Notes: generated from the letters alone by a model not told the origin. Shown: positions 12,531 through 25,921, numbered from the stretch's first letter. The stretch is DNA of 64,000 nt from Eledone cirrhosa (GCA_964016885.1 OZ024741.1:251224001-251288000); one strand, 5' to 3'. Translations and numbers: made by a program.

Positions 12531-12655
12531 ATAGGAAAAGAGTCAGGACACCAACGGCTGAGCTCCAGCCATTTTCGACAGCTAGGTCTGAATGATCGGA
12601 TCTAGCTGTTGAAAAGGCCGGAGCTAAGCCGTCATGGTCCTGACTCTTTTCTTAT
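12531..12655. repeat. 125-bp imperfect palindrome (small MITE or hairpin RNA)
   Basis: GAAAAGAGTCAGGAC..ACGGCT..AGCTCC..GCC..TTTTC.ACAGCTAG pairs with CTAGCTGT.GAAAA..GGC..GGAGCT..AGCCGT..GTCCTGACTCTTTTC. Confidence 0.85.
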
Positions 12656-12829
12656 TACCCAATCTACTACTCTAAGTATTGAGTACTCTGGTGCATTATG
12701 GTCCACCTGGTATCTTACCACACCCTCTTTCTTATATATATATATACTCATTTTATTATGGCTAAATGGTGAGTCTTATTACTCTGGAGTTTTGCTAATT
12801 TATAATAGAGTTATCAGAATATCTATGTA

Positions 12830-12944
<115 letters not shown>

Positions 12945-13004
12945 GCAAGGCTCTGATACCCGCAACACTATAAAAACGGAGCTGGCATATCTAAGAACTG
13001 ACTA

Positions 13005-13060
13005 ACTGGCTGATGAGGTCATAGCTATTCAATGGCTAACATCGAAATATATATAGCAGT
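13005..13060 (+). ncRNA. Type I hammerhead ribozyme motif in a ~165-bp insert (12942-13107), probably a Penelope pLTR remnant
   Basis: ACTGG-CTGATGA-(stem II GGT..TAGCTA/TGGCTA..ATC)-GAAA-TATATA-TA-GCAGT. Stem I is ACTG/CAGT; the insert is flanked by (TA)n on both sides. Confidence 0.65.
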
Positions 13061-13244
13061 ATATAAAGGATTATGAGTTCATGCAATTGACTTATGTTTC
13101 GTAACTATATCTATATATATATATATATATCTGTGAGTGTATCATCATCATCATAATCATTGTTTAATGTCCATTTTCGAAGCTAGTATGAATTAGATGT
13201 TATGTGCATGTATATAATGTATCTATATATGTGCATAGGTGTGT

Positions 13245-16200
13245 CTGAAACCAGTATAGAGTGTTGTGTCCCAGCATGGCCACAGTCTAATGACTGAAAC
13301 CAGTATAGAGTGTGATGTCCCAGCATGGCCACAGTCTAATAACGGAAACCAGTATATAGTGTGGTGTCCCAGCATGGCCACAGTCTAATTACTGAAACCA
13401 GTATAGAGTATGGTGTCCCAGCATGGCCACAGTCTAATGACTGAAACCAGTATAGAGTGTGGTGTCCCAGCATGGCCACAGTCTAATGACTGAAGCCAGT
13501 ATAGAGTGTGGTGTCCCAGCATGGCCACAGTCTACTGACTGAAACCAGTATATAGTGTGGTGTCCCAGCATGGCCACAGTCTAATGACTGAAACCAGTAT
13601 AGAGTGTGGTGTCCCAGCATGGCCACAGTCTACTGACTGAAACCAGTATAGAGTGTGGTGTCCCAGCATGGCCACAGTCTAATGACTGAAACCAGTATGT
13701 AGTGTGGTGTCCCAGCATGGCCACAGTCTAATGACTGAAACCAGTATGTAGTGTGGTGTCCCAGCATGGCCACAGTCTAATGACTGAAACCAGTAAAGAG
13801 TCTGGTGTCCCAGCATGGTCACAGTCTAATGACTGAAACCAGTATAGAGTGTTGTGTCCCAGCATGGCCACAGTCTAATGACTGAAACCAGTAAAGAGTG
13901 TGGTGTCCCAGCATGGCCACAGTCTAATGACTGAAACCAGTATAGAGTGTGGTGTCGCAGCATGGCCACAGTCTAATGACTGAAACCAGTAAAGAGTGTG
14001 GTGTCCCAGCATGGCCACAGTCTAATGACTGAAACCAGTATAGAGTGTGGTGTCACAGCATGGCCACAGTCTAATGACTGAAGCCAGTAAAGAGTGTGGT
14101 GTCCCAGCATGGCCACAGTCTAATAACTGAAACCAGTATAGAGTGTGGTGTCCCAGCATGGCCACAGTCTAATAACTGAAACCAGTATAGAGTGTGGTGT
14201 CCTAGCATGGCCACAGTCTAATGACTGAAACCAGTAAAGAGTTTGGTGTCCCAGCATGGCCACAGTCTAATGACTGAAACCAGTATAGAGTGTTGTGTCC
14301 CAGCATGGCCACAGTCTAATGACTGAAACCAGTAAAGAGTGTGGTGTCCCAGCATGGCCACAGTCTAATGACTGAAACCAGTATATAGTGCGGTGTCCCA
14401 GCATGGCCACAGTCTAATGACTGAAACCAGTAAAGAGTCTGGTGTCCCAGCATGGCCACAGTCTAATGACTGAAACCAGTAAAGAGTCTGGTGTCCCAGC
14501 ATGGCCACAGTCTAATGGCTGAAACCAGTATATAGTGTGGTGTCCCAGCATGGCCACAGTCTAATGACTGAAACCAGTATAGAGTGTTGTGTCCCAGCAT
14601 GGCCACAGTCTAATAACTGAAACCAGTATAGAGTGTGGTGTCCCAGCATGGCCACAGTCTAATAACTGAAACCAGTATAGAGTGTGGTGTCCCAGCATGG
14701 CCACAGTCTAATGAATGAAACCAGTATAGAGTGTGGTGTCCCAGCATGGCCACAGTCTAATGAATGAAACCAGTATATAGTGTGGTGTCACAGCATGGCC
14801 ACAGTCTAATGACTGAAACCAGTATAGAGTGTGGTGTCCCAGCATGGCCACAGTCTAATGACTGAAACCAGTATATAGTGTGGTGTCCCAGCATGGCCAC
14901 AGTCTAATGACTGAAACCAGTATATAGTGTGGTGTCCCAGCATCGCCACAGTCTAATGACTGAAACCAGTATATAGTGTGGTGTCCCAGCATAGCCACAG
15001 TCTAATGACTGAAACCAGTATATAGTGTGGTGTCCCAGCATAGCCACAGTCTAATGACTGAAACCAGTATATAGTGTGGTGTCCCAGCATGGCCACAGTC
15101 TAATGACTGAAACCAGTATATAGTGTGGTGTCCCAGCATGGCCACAGTCTAATGACTGAAACCAGTATATAGTGTGGTGTCCCAGCATGGCCGCAGTCTA
15201 ATGACTGAAACCAGTATATAGTGTGGTGTCCCAGCATGGCCACAGTCTAATGACTGAAGCCAGTATATAGTGTGGTGTCCCAGCATAGCCACAGTCTAAT
15301 GACTGAAACCAGTATATAGTGTGGTGTCCCAGCATGGCCACAGTCTAATGACAGAAACCAGTATAGAGTGTGGTGTCCCAGCATGGCCACAGTCTAATGA
15401 CTGAAACCAGTATAGAGTGTGGTGTCCCAGCATGGCCACAGTCTAATGACTGAAACCAGTATAGAGTGTGGTGTCCCAGCATGGCCACAGTCTAATGACT
15501 GAAACCAGTATGTAGTGTGGTGTCCCAGCATGGCCACAGTCTAATGACTGAAACCAGTATGTAGTGTGGTGTCCCAGCATGGCCACAGTCTAATAACTGA
15601 AACCAGTATTGAGTGTGGTGTCCCAGCATGGCCACAGTCTAATGACTGAAACCAGTATAGAGTGTGGTGTCCCAGCATGGCCACAGTCTAATAACTGAAA
15701 CCAGTATAGAGTGTGGTGTCCCAGCATGGCCACAGTCTAATGACTGAAACCAGTATATAGTGTGGTGTCGCAGCATGGCCACAGTCTAATGACTGAAACC
15801 AGTATATAGTGTGGTGTCCCAGCATGGCCACAGTCTAATGACTGAAACCAGTATATAGTGTGGTGTCCCAGCATGGCCACAGTCTAATGACTGAAACCAG
15901 TATATAGTGTGGTGTCCCAGCATAGCCACAGTCTAATGACTGAAACCAGTATAGAGTGTGGTGTCCCAGCATGGCCACAGTCTAATGACTGAAACCAGTA
16001 TATAGTATGGTGTCCCAGCATGGCCACAGTCTAATGACTGAATCCAGTATAGAGTGTGGTGTCCCAGCATGGCCACAGTCTAATGACTCTAACCATTATA
16101 GAGTGTGGTGTCCCAGCATGGCCACAGTCTAATGACTGAAACCAGTATAGTGTGTGGTGTCCCAGCATGGCCACAGTCTAATGACTGAAACCAGTATAGA

Positions 16201-16500
16201 GTGTGGTGTCCCAACATGGCCACAGTCTAATGACTGAAACCAGTATAGAGTGTGGTGTCCCAGCATGGCCACAGTCTAATGACTGAAGCCAGTATAGAGT
16301 GTGGTGTCCCAGCATGGCCACAGTCTAATGACTGAAGCCAGTAAAGAGTGTGGTGTCCCAGCATGGCCACAGTCTAATGACTGAAGCCAGTAAAGAGTGT
16401 GGTGTCCCAGCATGGGCACAGTCTAATAACTGAAACTGGTAAAGTGTTTGGTGCCCCAGTATGGCCACAGTCTAATAACTGAAACCAGTTATGAATAGAA
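13245..16500. repeat. 49-bp tandem satellite, about 66 copies
   Basis: Unit CTGAAACCAGTATAGAGTGTGGTGTCCCAGCATGGCCACAGTCTAATGA; period 49 (e.g. 13441 to 13490); only point variants. Confidence 0.98.
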
Positions 16501-17039
16501 GAATATACATTTACTGTTTTATGTATCCAACTCAATTTCTAAGTCAAAATACCTTCTCTTAGGAAATCTAATGAGATCAAAATATGTCCATATTTTCTCC
16601 TATTAGAATTGACCATTTTGATACCAAATTACCCAATGTTTCCTCTGGTTGTATGAGTCAAAACCACCCATTTTAAAAGGTTTCTATTTAAATCAAAATC
16701 TTCCAACATAATTCTATATAAAAACATTTGTTAAGTTGCAATCTCAGTAATGAAATAAATAATAATTTTAGTAAATTCTTTAAAATTCTTCAATAATTAA
16801 TTGAAATACAGTGTATTTCAATATAATATGGGCACAAAAGCAATTCATTACTGCATTGTCAAACTTTTTCTCGTTTCTGTTTATAGATTTGAACAGCCCC
16901 CAAAGGGAGTTTTTATCTTCAAATTGTAAGGATTAACTCTTGTTGATTGAAGATTTCTCACTCACTGTGTTACATTGCTTTTCTTCATTGTAATTGAGGT
17001 CTTGGAATTTCTGTCTTTGACTCACATACACACTTACAC

Positions 17040-17840
17040 ATGTATGAGTGTATAAGTGTGTGTATATGTATGTATATATGTGTGTATGTGTGTGTGTGTG
17101 TATGTGTGTGCGTGTATGTGTGAGTGTGTGTGTGCGTGTATGTGTGTGTGTGTTTGTGTGTGTGTGTGCTTTTATGGCAGTGAATTACCACAATCACAAA
17201 CTAAAAAAAATGATAGTAACATCACTTTGTCATACAGCAGAGTTGTTGTTATTGGTGATGGTGTTGTTAGTGGTCGTGGTGGTGGTGGTGGTGGTGGTGT
17301 TGGTGGTGGTGGTAGTGGTGGTGGTGTTAGTGGTGTTGGTGGTGTTGTTGGTAGTGTTGGTGTTGTTGGTAGTGGTGGTGTTGTTTGTAGTGGTGGTGTT
17401 GGTAGTGGTGGTGGTGTTAGTGGTGTTGGTGGTGGTGTTGTTGGTAGTGGTGGTGGTGTTGGTAGTGGTGCTGTTGTTGGTAGTGGTGGTGGTGTTAGTG
17501 GTGTTGGTGGTGGTGGTGTTGTTGGTAGTGTTGGTGTTGTTGGTAGTGGTGGTGATGGTAGTGGTGATGTTGTTGGTCATGGTGGTGTTGGTAGTGGTAG
17601 TGGTGGTGGTGGTGGTGGTAGTGGTGATGTTGGTGATGGTGGAGGTATTGTTGTTAGTGGTGGAGGTGTTGTTGTTGGTGGTGGTGGAGGTGTTGTTGTT
17701 GGTGGTGGAGGTGTTGTTGTTGGTGGTGGTGGTGGAGGTGTTGTTGTTGGTGGTGGGTGTTGTTGTTGTTGGTGGTGGCTGTGGTTGTGGTGGTAGTGTT
17801 AGTGGTAGTGGTGGTAGCGGGGGTTGCAATGGTGGAGGTA
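17040..17840. repeat. (TG)n followed by compound (GGT/GTT/AGT)n
   Basis: Direct reading. Confidence 0.9.
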
Positions 17841-18391
17841 AACAGCAGTGTAAACATTAGGGAAGTCAGCAAGCAAACAGTCTTTAAATTTAATCCATTA
17901 ATTTCCAAACATTTCCTCTGCCCCCTGCACAACCTCCTACCACCAACCCTCCCATCCCACCGCCTCATTTTCCCTCTCTAACTCCCCCCTCCCCCTTTCT
18001 ATCTTTGTAACCTCTCCTCCCCCATCACAAAAATCCGTGTCCCTTGACAGAAACAAGGTCAGCCATACACCTCCAACAACAACCCACATTTTTCTCCTTC
18101 TCTCTCTCCCTCCCTTTCACTCTTTCTCTTTTTCTCTCTCTCCCTCTCATTCTCTCTATCTCTTTCCTCCTTATATTCCATCATTAAAACCCTACCTCTT
18201 TCTCTCTCTTTCACTTTATATCTCTCGTCTTTTCTCTTCTCTCTCTATCACCCTCTCTCTCTCTATCTATCTCTATTTTCTCTCTCTCACACCTCACCCC
18301 CACCACATCACAAATTTTCTTAAAATTCAGAAAAAAAAAATTTCATTAATTCTTTTTTTTTACATTTAAATTTTTCAGCGAATTACTATGT

Positions 18392-21240
18392 TGGTGTGTA
18401 GTGGTGGTGGTGTGTAGTGGTGGTGTGTGGTGGTGGTGGTGTGTAGTGGTGGTGGTGTGTAGTGGTGGTGGTGTGTAGTGGTGGTAGTGTGTAGTGGTGG
18501 TGGTGTGTAGTGGTGGTGGTGTGTAGTGGTGGTGGTGTGTTGTGGTGGTGGTGTGTAGTGGTGGTGTGTAGTGGTGGTGGTGTGTAGTGGTGGTGGTGTG
18601 TAGTGGTGGTAGTGTGTAGTGGTGATAGTATGTAGTGGTGTGTAGTGGTGGTGGTATGTAGTGGTGGTGGTATGTAGTGGTGGTGGTGTGTAGTGGTGGT
18701 GTGTAGTGGTGGTGGTATGTAGTGGTGGTGGTGTGTAGTGGTGGTGGTGTGTAGTGGTGGTGGTGTGTAGTGGTGGTGGTGTGTAGTGGTGGTGGTGTGT
18801 AGTGGTGGTGGTGTGTAATGGTGGTGGTGTGTAGTGGTGGTGGTGTGTAGTGGTGGTAGTGAGTAGTGGTGGTAGTATGTAGTGGTGGTGGTGTGTAGTG
18901 GTGGTGGTATGTAGTGGTGGTGGTATGTAGTGGTGGTGGTGTGTAGTGGTGGTGTGTAGTGGTGGTGGTATGTAGTGGTGGTGGTGTGTAGTGGTGGTGT
19001 GTAGTGGTGGTGGTATGTAGTGGTGGTGGTGTGTAGTGGTGGTAGTGTGTAGTGGTGGTGGTGTGTAGTGGTGGTGGTGTGTAGTGGTGGTGGTATGTAG
19101 TGGAGGTGGTGTGTAGTGGTGGTGATGTGTATTGGTGGTGGTGTGTAGTGGTGGTAGTGTGTAGTGGGGGTAGTATGTAGTGGTGGTGGTGTGTAGTGGT
19201 GGTGGTGTGTAGTGGTGGTGGTGTGTAGTGGTGGTAGTGTGTAGTGGTGGTGGTGTGTAGTGGTGGTGGTGTGTAGTGGTGGTGGTGTGTAATGGTGGTG
19301 GTGTGTAGTGGTGGTGGTGTGTAGTGGTGGTGGTGTGTAATGGTGGTGGTGTGTAGTGGTGGTAGTGTGTAGTGGTGGTGGTGTGTAGTAGTGGTGGTAT
19401 GTAGTGGAGGTGGTGTGTAGTGGTGGTGGTGTATAGTGGTGGTGGTGTGTAGTGGTGGTAGTGTGTAGTGGTGGTAGTATGTAGTGGTGGTGGTGTGTAG
19501 TGGTGGTGGTATGTAGTGGTGGTGGTGTGTAGTGGTGGTAGTGTGTAGTGGTGGTGGTGTGTAGTCGTGGTGGTGTGTAGTGGTGGTGGTGTGTAGTGGT
19601 GGTGGTGTGTAGTGGTGGTAGTGTGTAGTGGTGGTGGTGTGTAGTGGTGGTAGTGTGTAGTGGTGGTAGTGTGTAGTGGTGGTGGTGTGTAGTGGTGGTG
19701 GTGTGTAATGGTGGTGTGTAGTGGTGGTGGTGTGTAGTGGTGGTAGTGTGTAGTGGTGGTCGTGTGTAATGGTGGTGTGTAGTGGTGGTGGTGTGTAGTG
19801 GTGGTGTGTAGTGGTGGTGGTGTGTAGTGGTGGTGGTGTGTAGTGGTGGTGGTGTGTAGTGGTGGTAGTGTGTAGTGGTGGTGGTGTGTAGTGGTGGTGG
19901 TGTGTAGTGGTGGTGGTGTGTAGTGGTGGTGTGTAGTGGTGGTGGTGTGTAGTGGTGGTGGTGTGTAATGGTGGTGTGTAGTGGTGGTGGTGTGTAGTGG
20001 TGGTGGTGTGTAGTGGTGGTGGTGTGTAGTGGTGGTAGTGTGTAGTGGTGGTGGTGTGTAGTGGTGGTGGTGTGTAGTGGTGGTGGTGTGTTGTGGTGGT
20101 GGTGTGTAGTGGTGGTGTGTAGTGGTGGTGGTGTGTAGGGGTGGTGTGTAGTGGTGGTGGTGTGTAGTGGTGGTGGTGTGTAGTGGTGGTAGTGTGTAGT
20201 GGTGGTGGTGTGTAGTAGTGGTGGTATGTAGTGGAGGTGGTGTGTAGTGGTGGTGGTGTGTAGTGGTGGTGGTGTGTAGTGGTGGTGGTATGTAGTGGTG
20301 GTGGTGTGTAGTGGTGGTAGTGTGTAGTGATGGTGGTGTGTAGTGGTGGTGGTGTGTAGTGGTGGTGGTGTGTAGTGGTGGTGGTGTGTAGTGGTGGTGG
20401 TGTGTAGTGGTGGTGGTGTGTAATGGTGGTGGTGTGTAGTGGTGGTGATGTGTAGTGGTGGTAGTGTGTAGTGGTGGTAGTATGTAGTGGTGGTGGTGTG
20501 TAGTGGTAGTGGTATGTAGTGGTGGTGGTATGTAGTGGTGTTGGTGTGTAGTGGTGGTGTGTAGTGGTGGTGGTATAGTGGTGGTGGTGTGTAGTGGTGG
20601 TAGTGTGTAGTGGTGGTGGTGTGTAGTGGTGGTGGTGTGTAGTGGTGGTGGTGTGTAGTGGTGGTAGTGTGTAGTGGTGGTAGTATGTAGTGGTGGTGGT
20701 GTGTAGTGGTGGTGGTATGTAGTGGTGGTGGTATGTAGTGGTGGTGGTGTGTAGTGGTGGTAGTGTGTAGTGGTGGTGGTGTGTAGTGGTGGTGGTGTGT
20801 AGTGGTGGTGGTGTGTAGTGGTGGTGGTGTGTAGTGGTGGTAGTGTGTAGTGGTGGTAGTATGTAGTGGTGGTGGTGTGTAGTGGTAGTGGTATGTAGTG
20901 GTGGTGGTATGTAGTGGTGGTGGTGTGTAGTGGTGGTGTGTAGTGGTGGTGGTATGTAGTGGTGGTGGTGTGTAGTGGTGGTAGTGTGTAGTGGTGGTGG
21001 TGTGTAGTGGTGGTGGTGTGTAGTGGTGGTGGTGTGTAATGGTGGTGGTGTGTAGTGGTGGTGGTGTGTAGTGGTGGTGGTGTATAGTGGTGGTGGTGTG
21101 TAGTGGTGGTGGTGTGTAGTTGTGGTGTGTAGTGGTGGTGGTGTGTAGTGGTGGTGGTGTGTAGTGGTGGTGGTGTGTAGTTGTGGTGTGTAGTGGTGGT
21201 GGTGTGTAGTGGTGGTGGTGTGTAGTGGTGTGTTGTGGTG
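18392..21240. repeat. 14-bp minisatellite (GTGTAGTGGTGGTG)n, about 2.85 kb, with 11-bp deletion variants
   Basis: Direct reading. Confidence 0.97.
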
Positions 21241-21511
21241 TTCTGTAAGTGTGTAGTGATAGTGAGTAATGACTTAGTGGTGTGGTGTGTTAATGGTCAG
21301 TAGTGTGTTGTGGTGTGTAGTGTATTGTGATGTGTAGTATTTAGTGTGTAGTGTGCAGTAAGAGTGTACATGTTTTGTTTAAGGTGTGTTTGTGCATGTG
21401 TAGTAGTATGTAGTGGATGTCTGTGTTTGTAATGTGAAGTGTGTAGATGTGTGTTTGTGTGTATGAGAGTGTCAGTAGAGTGCAGTATGTGGGTGGTCAA
21501 TTTAATGTACT

Positions 21512-22572
21512 TGCACCACCATCACCACAACCCCACCACCACCACACCACCACCATCACCACAACACCACCACCACCACTATCACCAACAATGACACCAC
21601 CACCATCATCATCAACAATGACACCATCACCACCACCATCATACACTACCACAACCCCACCACTATTACCACCATCACCAACAAGAAGAACAAAAACATA
21701 TACACCACTATACTACACAATACATCACCTCCACCACCACCACAACCCCACCACCTCCACACCACCACCATCACCACAACCCCGCCACCACCACACCGCC
21801 ACCATCACCACAACACCACCACCACCACTATCACCAACAATGACACCACCACCATCATCACCAACAATGACACCATCACCACCACCATCATACACTACCA
21901 CAACCCCACCACAACACGACCATCAAACCTCCACCCTACCACCACCATTACCACCATCACCAACAAGAAGAACAAAAACATATACACCACTATACTACAC
22001 AATACACCACCTCCACCACCACCACAACCCCACCACCTCCACACCACCACCATCATCACTACCACACCATACAGCCACCAAGACCCTCACTTTCACCACC
22101 AGTACCACCACCACCACCAACATCACACTATCGCCACCACCACCATCATCACCACAACACCACCACCACCACCACCACCACCACCAACAAGAACAACAAA
22201 AACATGTTGCCACCCCACTACACACCACCACCACCACCACCACCACCACAATCCCACCACCAACACACCACCACCATCATCTCTACCACACCATACTACC
22301 ACCAACACCCTCACTTTCACCACCACCACCACCACCACCACCACCAACATCACACTATCGCCACAATGATGCCACCACCACCATCATCACCACAACATCA
22401 TACTATCACCACAACACCATCACAACACCACCACCACCATCACCAACAAGAACAACAAAAACATGTTGCCACCCCACTACACACCACCACCATCACCAAC
22501 ATTACACTATCGCCACAATGCCACCACCACCATCATCACCACAACACCCCACTACACACCACCACCACCACT
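21512..22572. repeat. CAC-rich low-complexity block with internal duplications
   Basis: Duplicated segments, e.g. ACAAGAAGAACAAAAACATATACACCACTATAC at about 21680 and 21963, and AAAACATGTTGCCACCCCACTACAC at about 22199 and 22458. Confidence 0.85.
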
Positions 22573-22574
22573 TA

Positions 22575-24465
22575 ATCTGCCGAGATCAATAAAATAAAGT
22601 ACCAGTGAAGTACTGGAGTTGATATAATCAACTTTCTCCCTCCCTCCTAAACTAGACCCCATCAGTAGTCCTCAGAAGTCTCCTTCCTGTTGAGGTATAG
22701 CCCTTTTTATAATTTTATTGTTACCTTCCTTTTATTTTCATTGACAGTGTCAGTAGAGCTTCGGAAAATATGCTTTACAGCATAGAGTTTCGGCCCTTTA
22801 CGTTCTGAGATCAAATCCCGCCTAGGTTAGCGTTACCTTTCATCCTTGCAGCGTCGATGAAATAAAGTACCCGTCACGCAATGGGGTTGATTTAATTGGC
22901 TTTCCCTTCCCATCCCAAAATTGTTGGCCTCGTGCCTTAATCAGAAAGCATTATAACTGGTTACAAACTCACACAGACACACACAGAGACACACACAGAC
23001 ACACACAGTATTTTGTCTTGTGTCATCTTTAATGTTTTCTTCATGTAAACCCTTTGTGGTTAATAAAGAAATCATTATAACTATAAGGGCAGTGGATTGG
23101 TAGTATTGGACAGAGTGTCAGACAAGATGCTTTATTGCATTGAGGTACGACCATTTATGTTCTGAGTTCAAATCTTGCCAAGGTTAGCTTTGCCCTTTCA
23201 TCTTTACAGGGCTGATAACATAAAGTAGCAGTGATGCACTGGGGTCGATTTAATCAACTTTCCTCTCTCCCAAAGTTGTTGGCCTTGTGCCTAAATCAGA
23301 AACCATTATGGCAGTATCGGTAGAGGGTCGGACGCCATGCTTTCCAGCATAGTTACGTCCCTTTACGATCTGAGTTCAAATCCCGCCGAGGTTGACTTTG
23401 CTTTTCATCCTTACGGGGTCGATAAAATAAAGTACCAGTAATGCACTGGGTAATTGCTGGCCTTGTGCCTAAAGTAGAAACAATTATTAATGACTGATAA
23501 GTTTCAAAAAGCCGATACAATGCGGTGGAAATATATTAAGGTCAAAGGATGACAAATAAAACTAAACAAAGTAATGTTTTACCCAATATATTTCAATGTG
23601 ATATTTCAGGGCTAATACCCTCTTTTCAAATGTGAAACGGAAACAGCTTTTGAAACTTATCAGTCATTTATTACATATCTCTCACAATGCTTCAGATTAA
23701 CTATACTGCTTTATTATTATTATTCTCTCCTCCCTATTGAGGAATCCCTTTTGTTTTAATTTTTATTGTTGTCTTTCTTTTTTAACATTGTTAAAATTTG
23801 TTAACATACAAAACCCGCACACCAACCCCCACACATCAACCCCCACACACCAAACCCCACACCAACCGCCACACCAACCCCCACACCAACCCACATACCG
23901 ACCCCCACACCAACCCCCACACCAAGCCCCACACCAACACACTTATACACACAGTCTATCTTTTTGTCCTGTACTGTCATAATGTTTTCCTTGATGTTAA
24001 TCCTTGTGGTAAATAAAGAAATCATTATTAATATTATTATATGGGTGTCGATTGGCAGTATCGGTAGAGAGTCGGACGCCATGCTTTACAGCATAGAGTT
24101 ATGGCCCTTTACATTCTGAGTTCAAATCCTGCTGAGGTTAACTTTGCCTTTCATCTTTATGGGGGCGATAAAATAAAGTACCAGTAATTTATTGGGGTCG
24201 ATTTAATCGACTTTCCCTAACCCAAAATTTGCTGGCCTTGTGTCTAAACTGGAAACCATTGTTGTTATGTGATGGACAAAATCCTTTGTGGCACAGAGTC
24301 ATGGACCTTTTCATTCAGGGTTGAAATTCTGTTACGGTGGGCTTTGTCTTTCATCCTTGCAGGCTTTATAAGATAAAGTAACAGTAATGCACTGGGGTCT
24401 TTTAATCAACTTTTCTCTTCCCTTCAAATTACTGGCCTTGTACCAAAAGTAGAAACAATTATTAT
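22575..24465 (+). mobile_element. Cluster of about six tRNA-derived Meta-domain-like SINEs in head-to-tail order
   Basis: Repeated GAGTTCAAATCC (B box), GCCTTTCATCCTT.CGGGGTCGATAAAATAAAGTACCAG and GGCCTTGTGCCTAAA.TAGAAAC. Copies start near 22740, 23085, 23310, 24045 and 24270, plus a 3' fragment at 22575. Confidence 0.9.
23489..23668. mobile_element. MITE with ~24-bp TIRs
   Basis: AATGACTGATAAGTTTCAAAAAGC ... GCTTTTGAAACTTATCAGTCATT; TA-rich flanks. Confidence 0.75.
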
Positions 24466-24480
24466 CAGCTGTAACGCAGA

Positions 24481-24790
24481 GACCACTACACACCCAGCAC
24501 ATCTATGCTATACACCAACACACCAGACCACCATCTCAAAACACCTCTACACACCACACCACTACACACATCAGACCACTACACACCCAGCACATCTATG
24601 CTACAAACCAACACACCAGACCACCATCTCAAAACACCTCTACACACCACACCACTACACACATCAGACCACTACACACCCAGCACATCTATGCTATACA
24701 CCAACACACCAGACCACCATCTCAAAACACCTCTACACACCACACCACTACACACATCAGACCACTACACACCCAGCACATCTATGCTAC
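24481..24790. repeat. 93-bp tandem repeat, about 3.3 copies
   Basis: GACCACTACACACCCAGC at 24481, 24574, 24667 and 24760. Confidence 0.9.
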
Positions 24791-25545
24791 ACACCACACC
24801 ACCATCACACTACACCATTACACACCACACCGTCATCACACTACACCATTACACACCACACCACTACACACCACACCACACCAACAGTCATTAGGGCATA
24901 GGATAACAAATGAGTTCAAATCCTGCGAAGGTCAACTTTGCCTTCTATCTTTTTATGTAAAGTGTAAATATAATACCTGTTTAGTCCTGGTGTTGCCCCC
25001 CCCTCTCTCTCTCTGGAAAAGATGGGCTCAGTAATGTTTAAGATGTTCGAGACATGCTTCATATCAGGAAGGTGTCCCTAGGATTTCATCAAGGGTTAAG
25101 GGCCCTTTATCTGTTTTTTTTTTTTTTAAATATATATCCTGTGTTTGTGTGTGTAGGAATGATGTGTTCATGTGAATGAGTGAGTGTGTGTGTGTGTGAT
25201 ACTACACACAATTGTGTGTGTATATATGTGTATGTCTGTCATTGTGTGCATGTGTGTGTGTGCTTGTATAGTTGCATGTGTATGAGTATATGAATATCTG
25301 TTTATGTAAGAGAGAAAGAGATATTGATAGAGTGTGCATGTGTGTGTGAGTGTGTGAATGTTTGTATGAGTGTATGTGTGTGTGTGTGTCTGTGATTGTG
25401 TGTGTGTGTGTATGAATGTTTGTGTGTGTATGATTTTGATTGTGTGTGCTTGCATAATTGCATGTGTATGAGTATATGAATGTATGTTTGTGTTTGTACA
25501 TGTGGGTTTATGAGTGTGTGAGAGAGAAAAAAAAGAGAAAGAGAG

Positions 25546-25576
<31 letters not shown>

Positions 25577-25729
25577 ACAATGAAATTTTCATGCACCACC
25601 CACTTTTAATCTTACACAACCCCTAACAATACCCACCCTCCCACAGCCACTTACAACCCCCCCATCAGAGCAGCCCTTACAAACAGCAGATCCTGTTTAG
25701 AGGGGGGGGGTCTTCCCTGTACACATTAC

Positions 25730-25849
25730 CAGCCATGTTTACATGCATTAAGCAATAGTGTTGTTCTCTATAGAGAGGAAGGAGGATGGGTCCGAGGTAG
25801 CGGGAGTTGGAGGGGGCAACAGCAGATGGGGAGGAAGTAAAGGAGGGAC
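25730..25849 (-). CDS. Candidate internal exon (120 nt) of an unidentified host gene
   Basis: T-rich tract ending TTTTATAAG (acceptor) and CTG|GTAATG (donor); length divisible by 3; one fully open frame (PSFTSSPSAVAPSNSRYLGPILLPLYREQHYCLMHVNMA). No homology recognised. Confidence 0.3.
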
Positions 25850-25921
25850 CTTATAAAACAAAACTGAAAAAAAAATAAAAACCAAACCAATAAAACCATA
25901 ATAATGTTGATAACGAGGAAG

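Noticed and set aside
13245-16500. CRISPR-like array
   Set aside because: Units are contiguous and near-identical with no unique spacers, there are no cas genes, and the context is eukaryotic.
25820-25849. AMPK-beta-like peptide PPLLPPHLL
   Set aside because: The expected continuation QVILN is absent, so the low-complexity match is probably chance.
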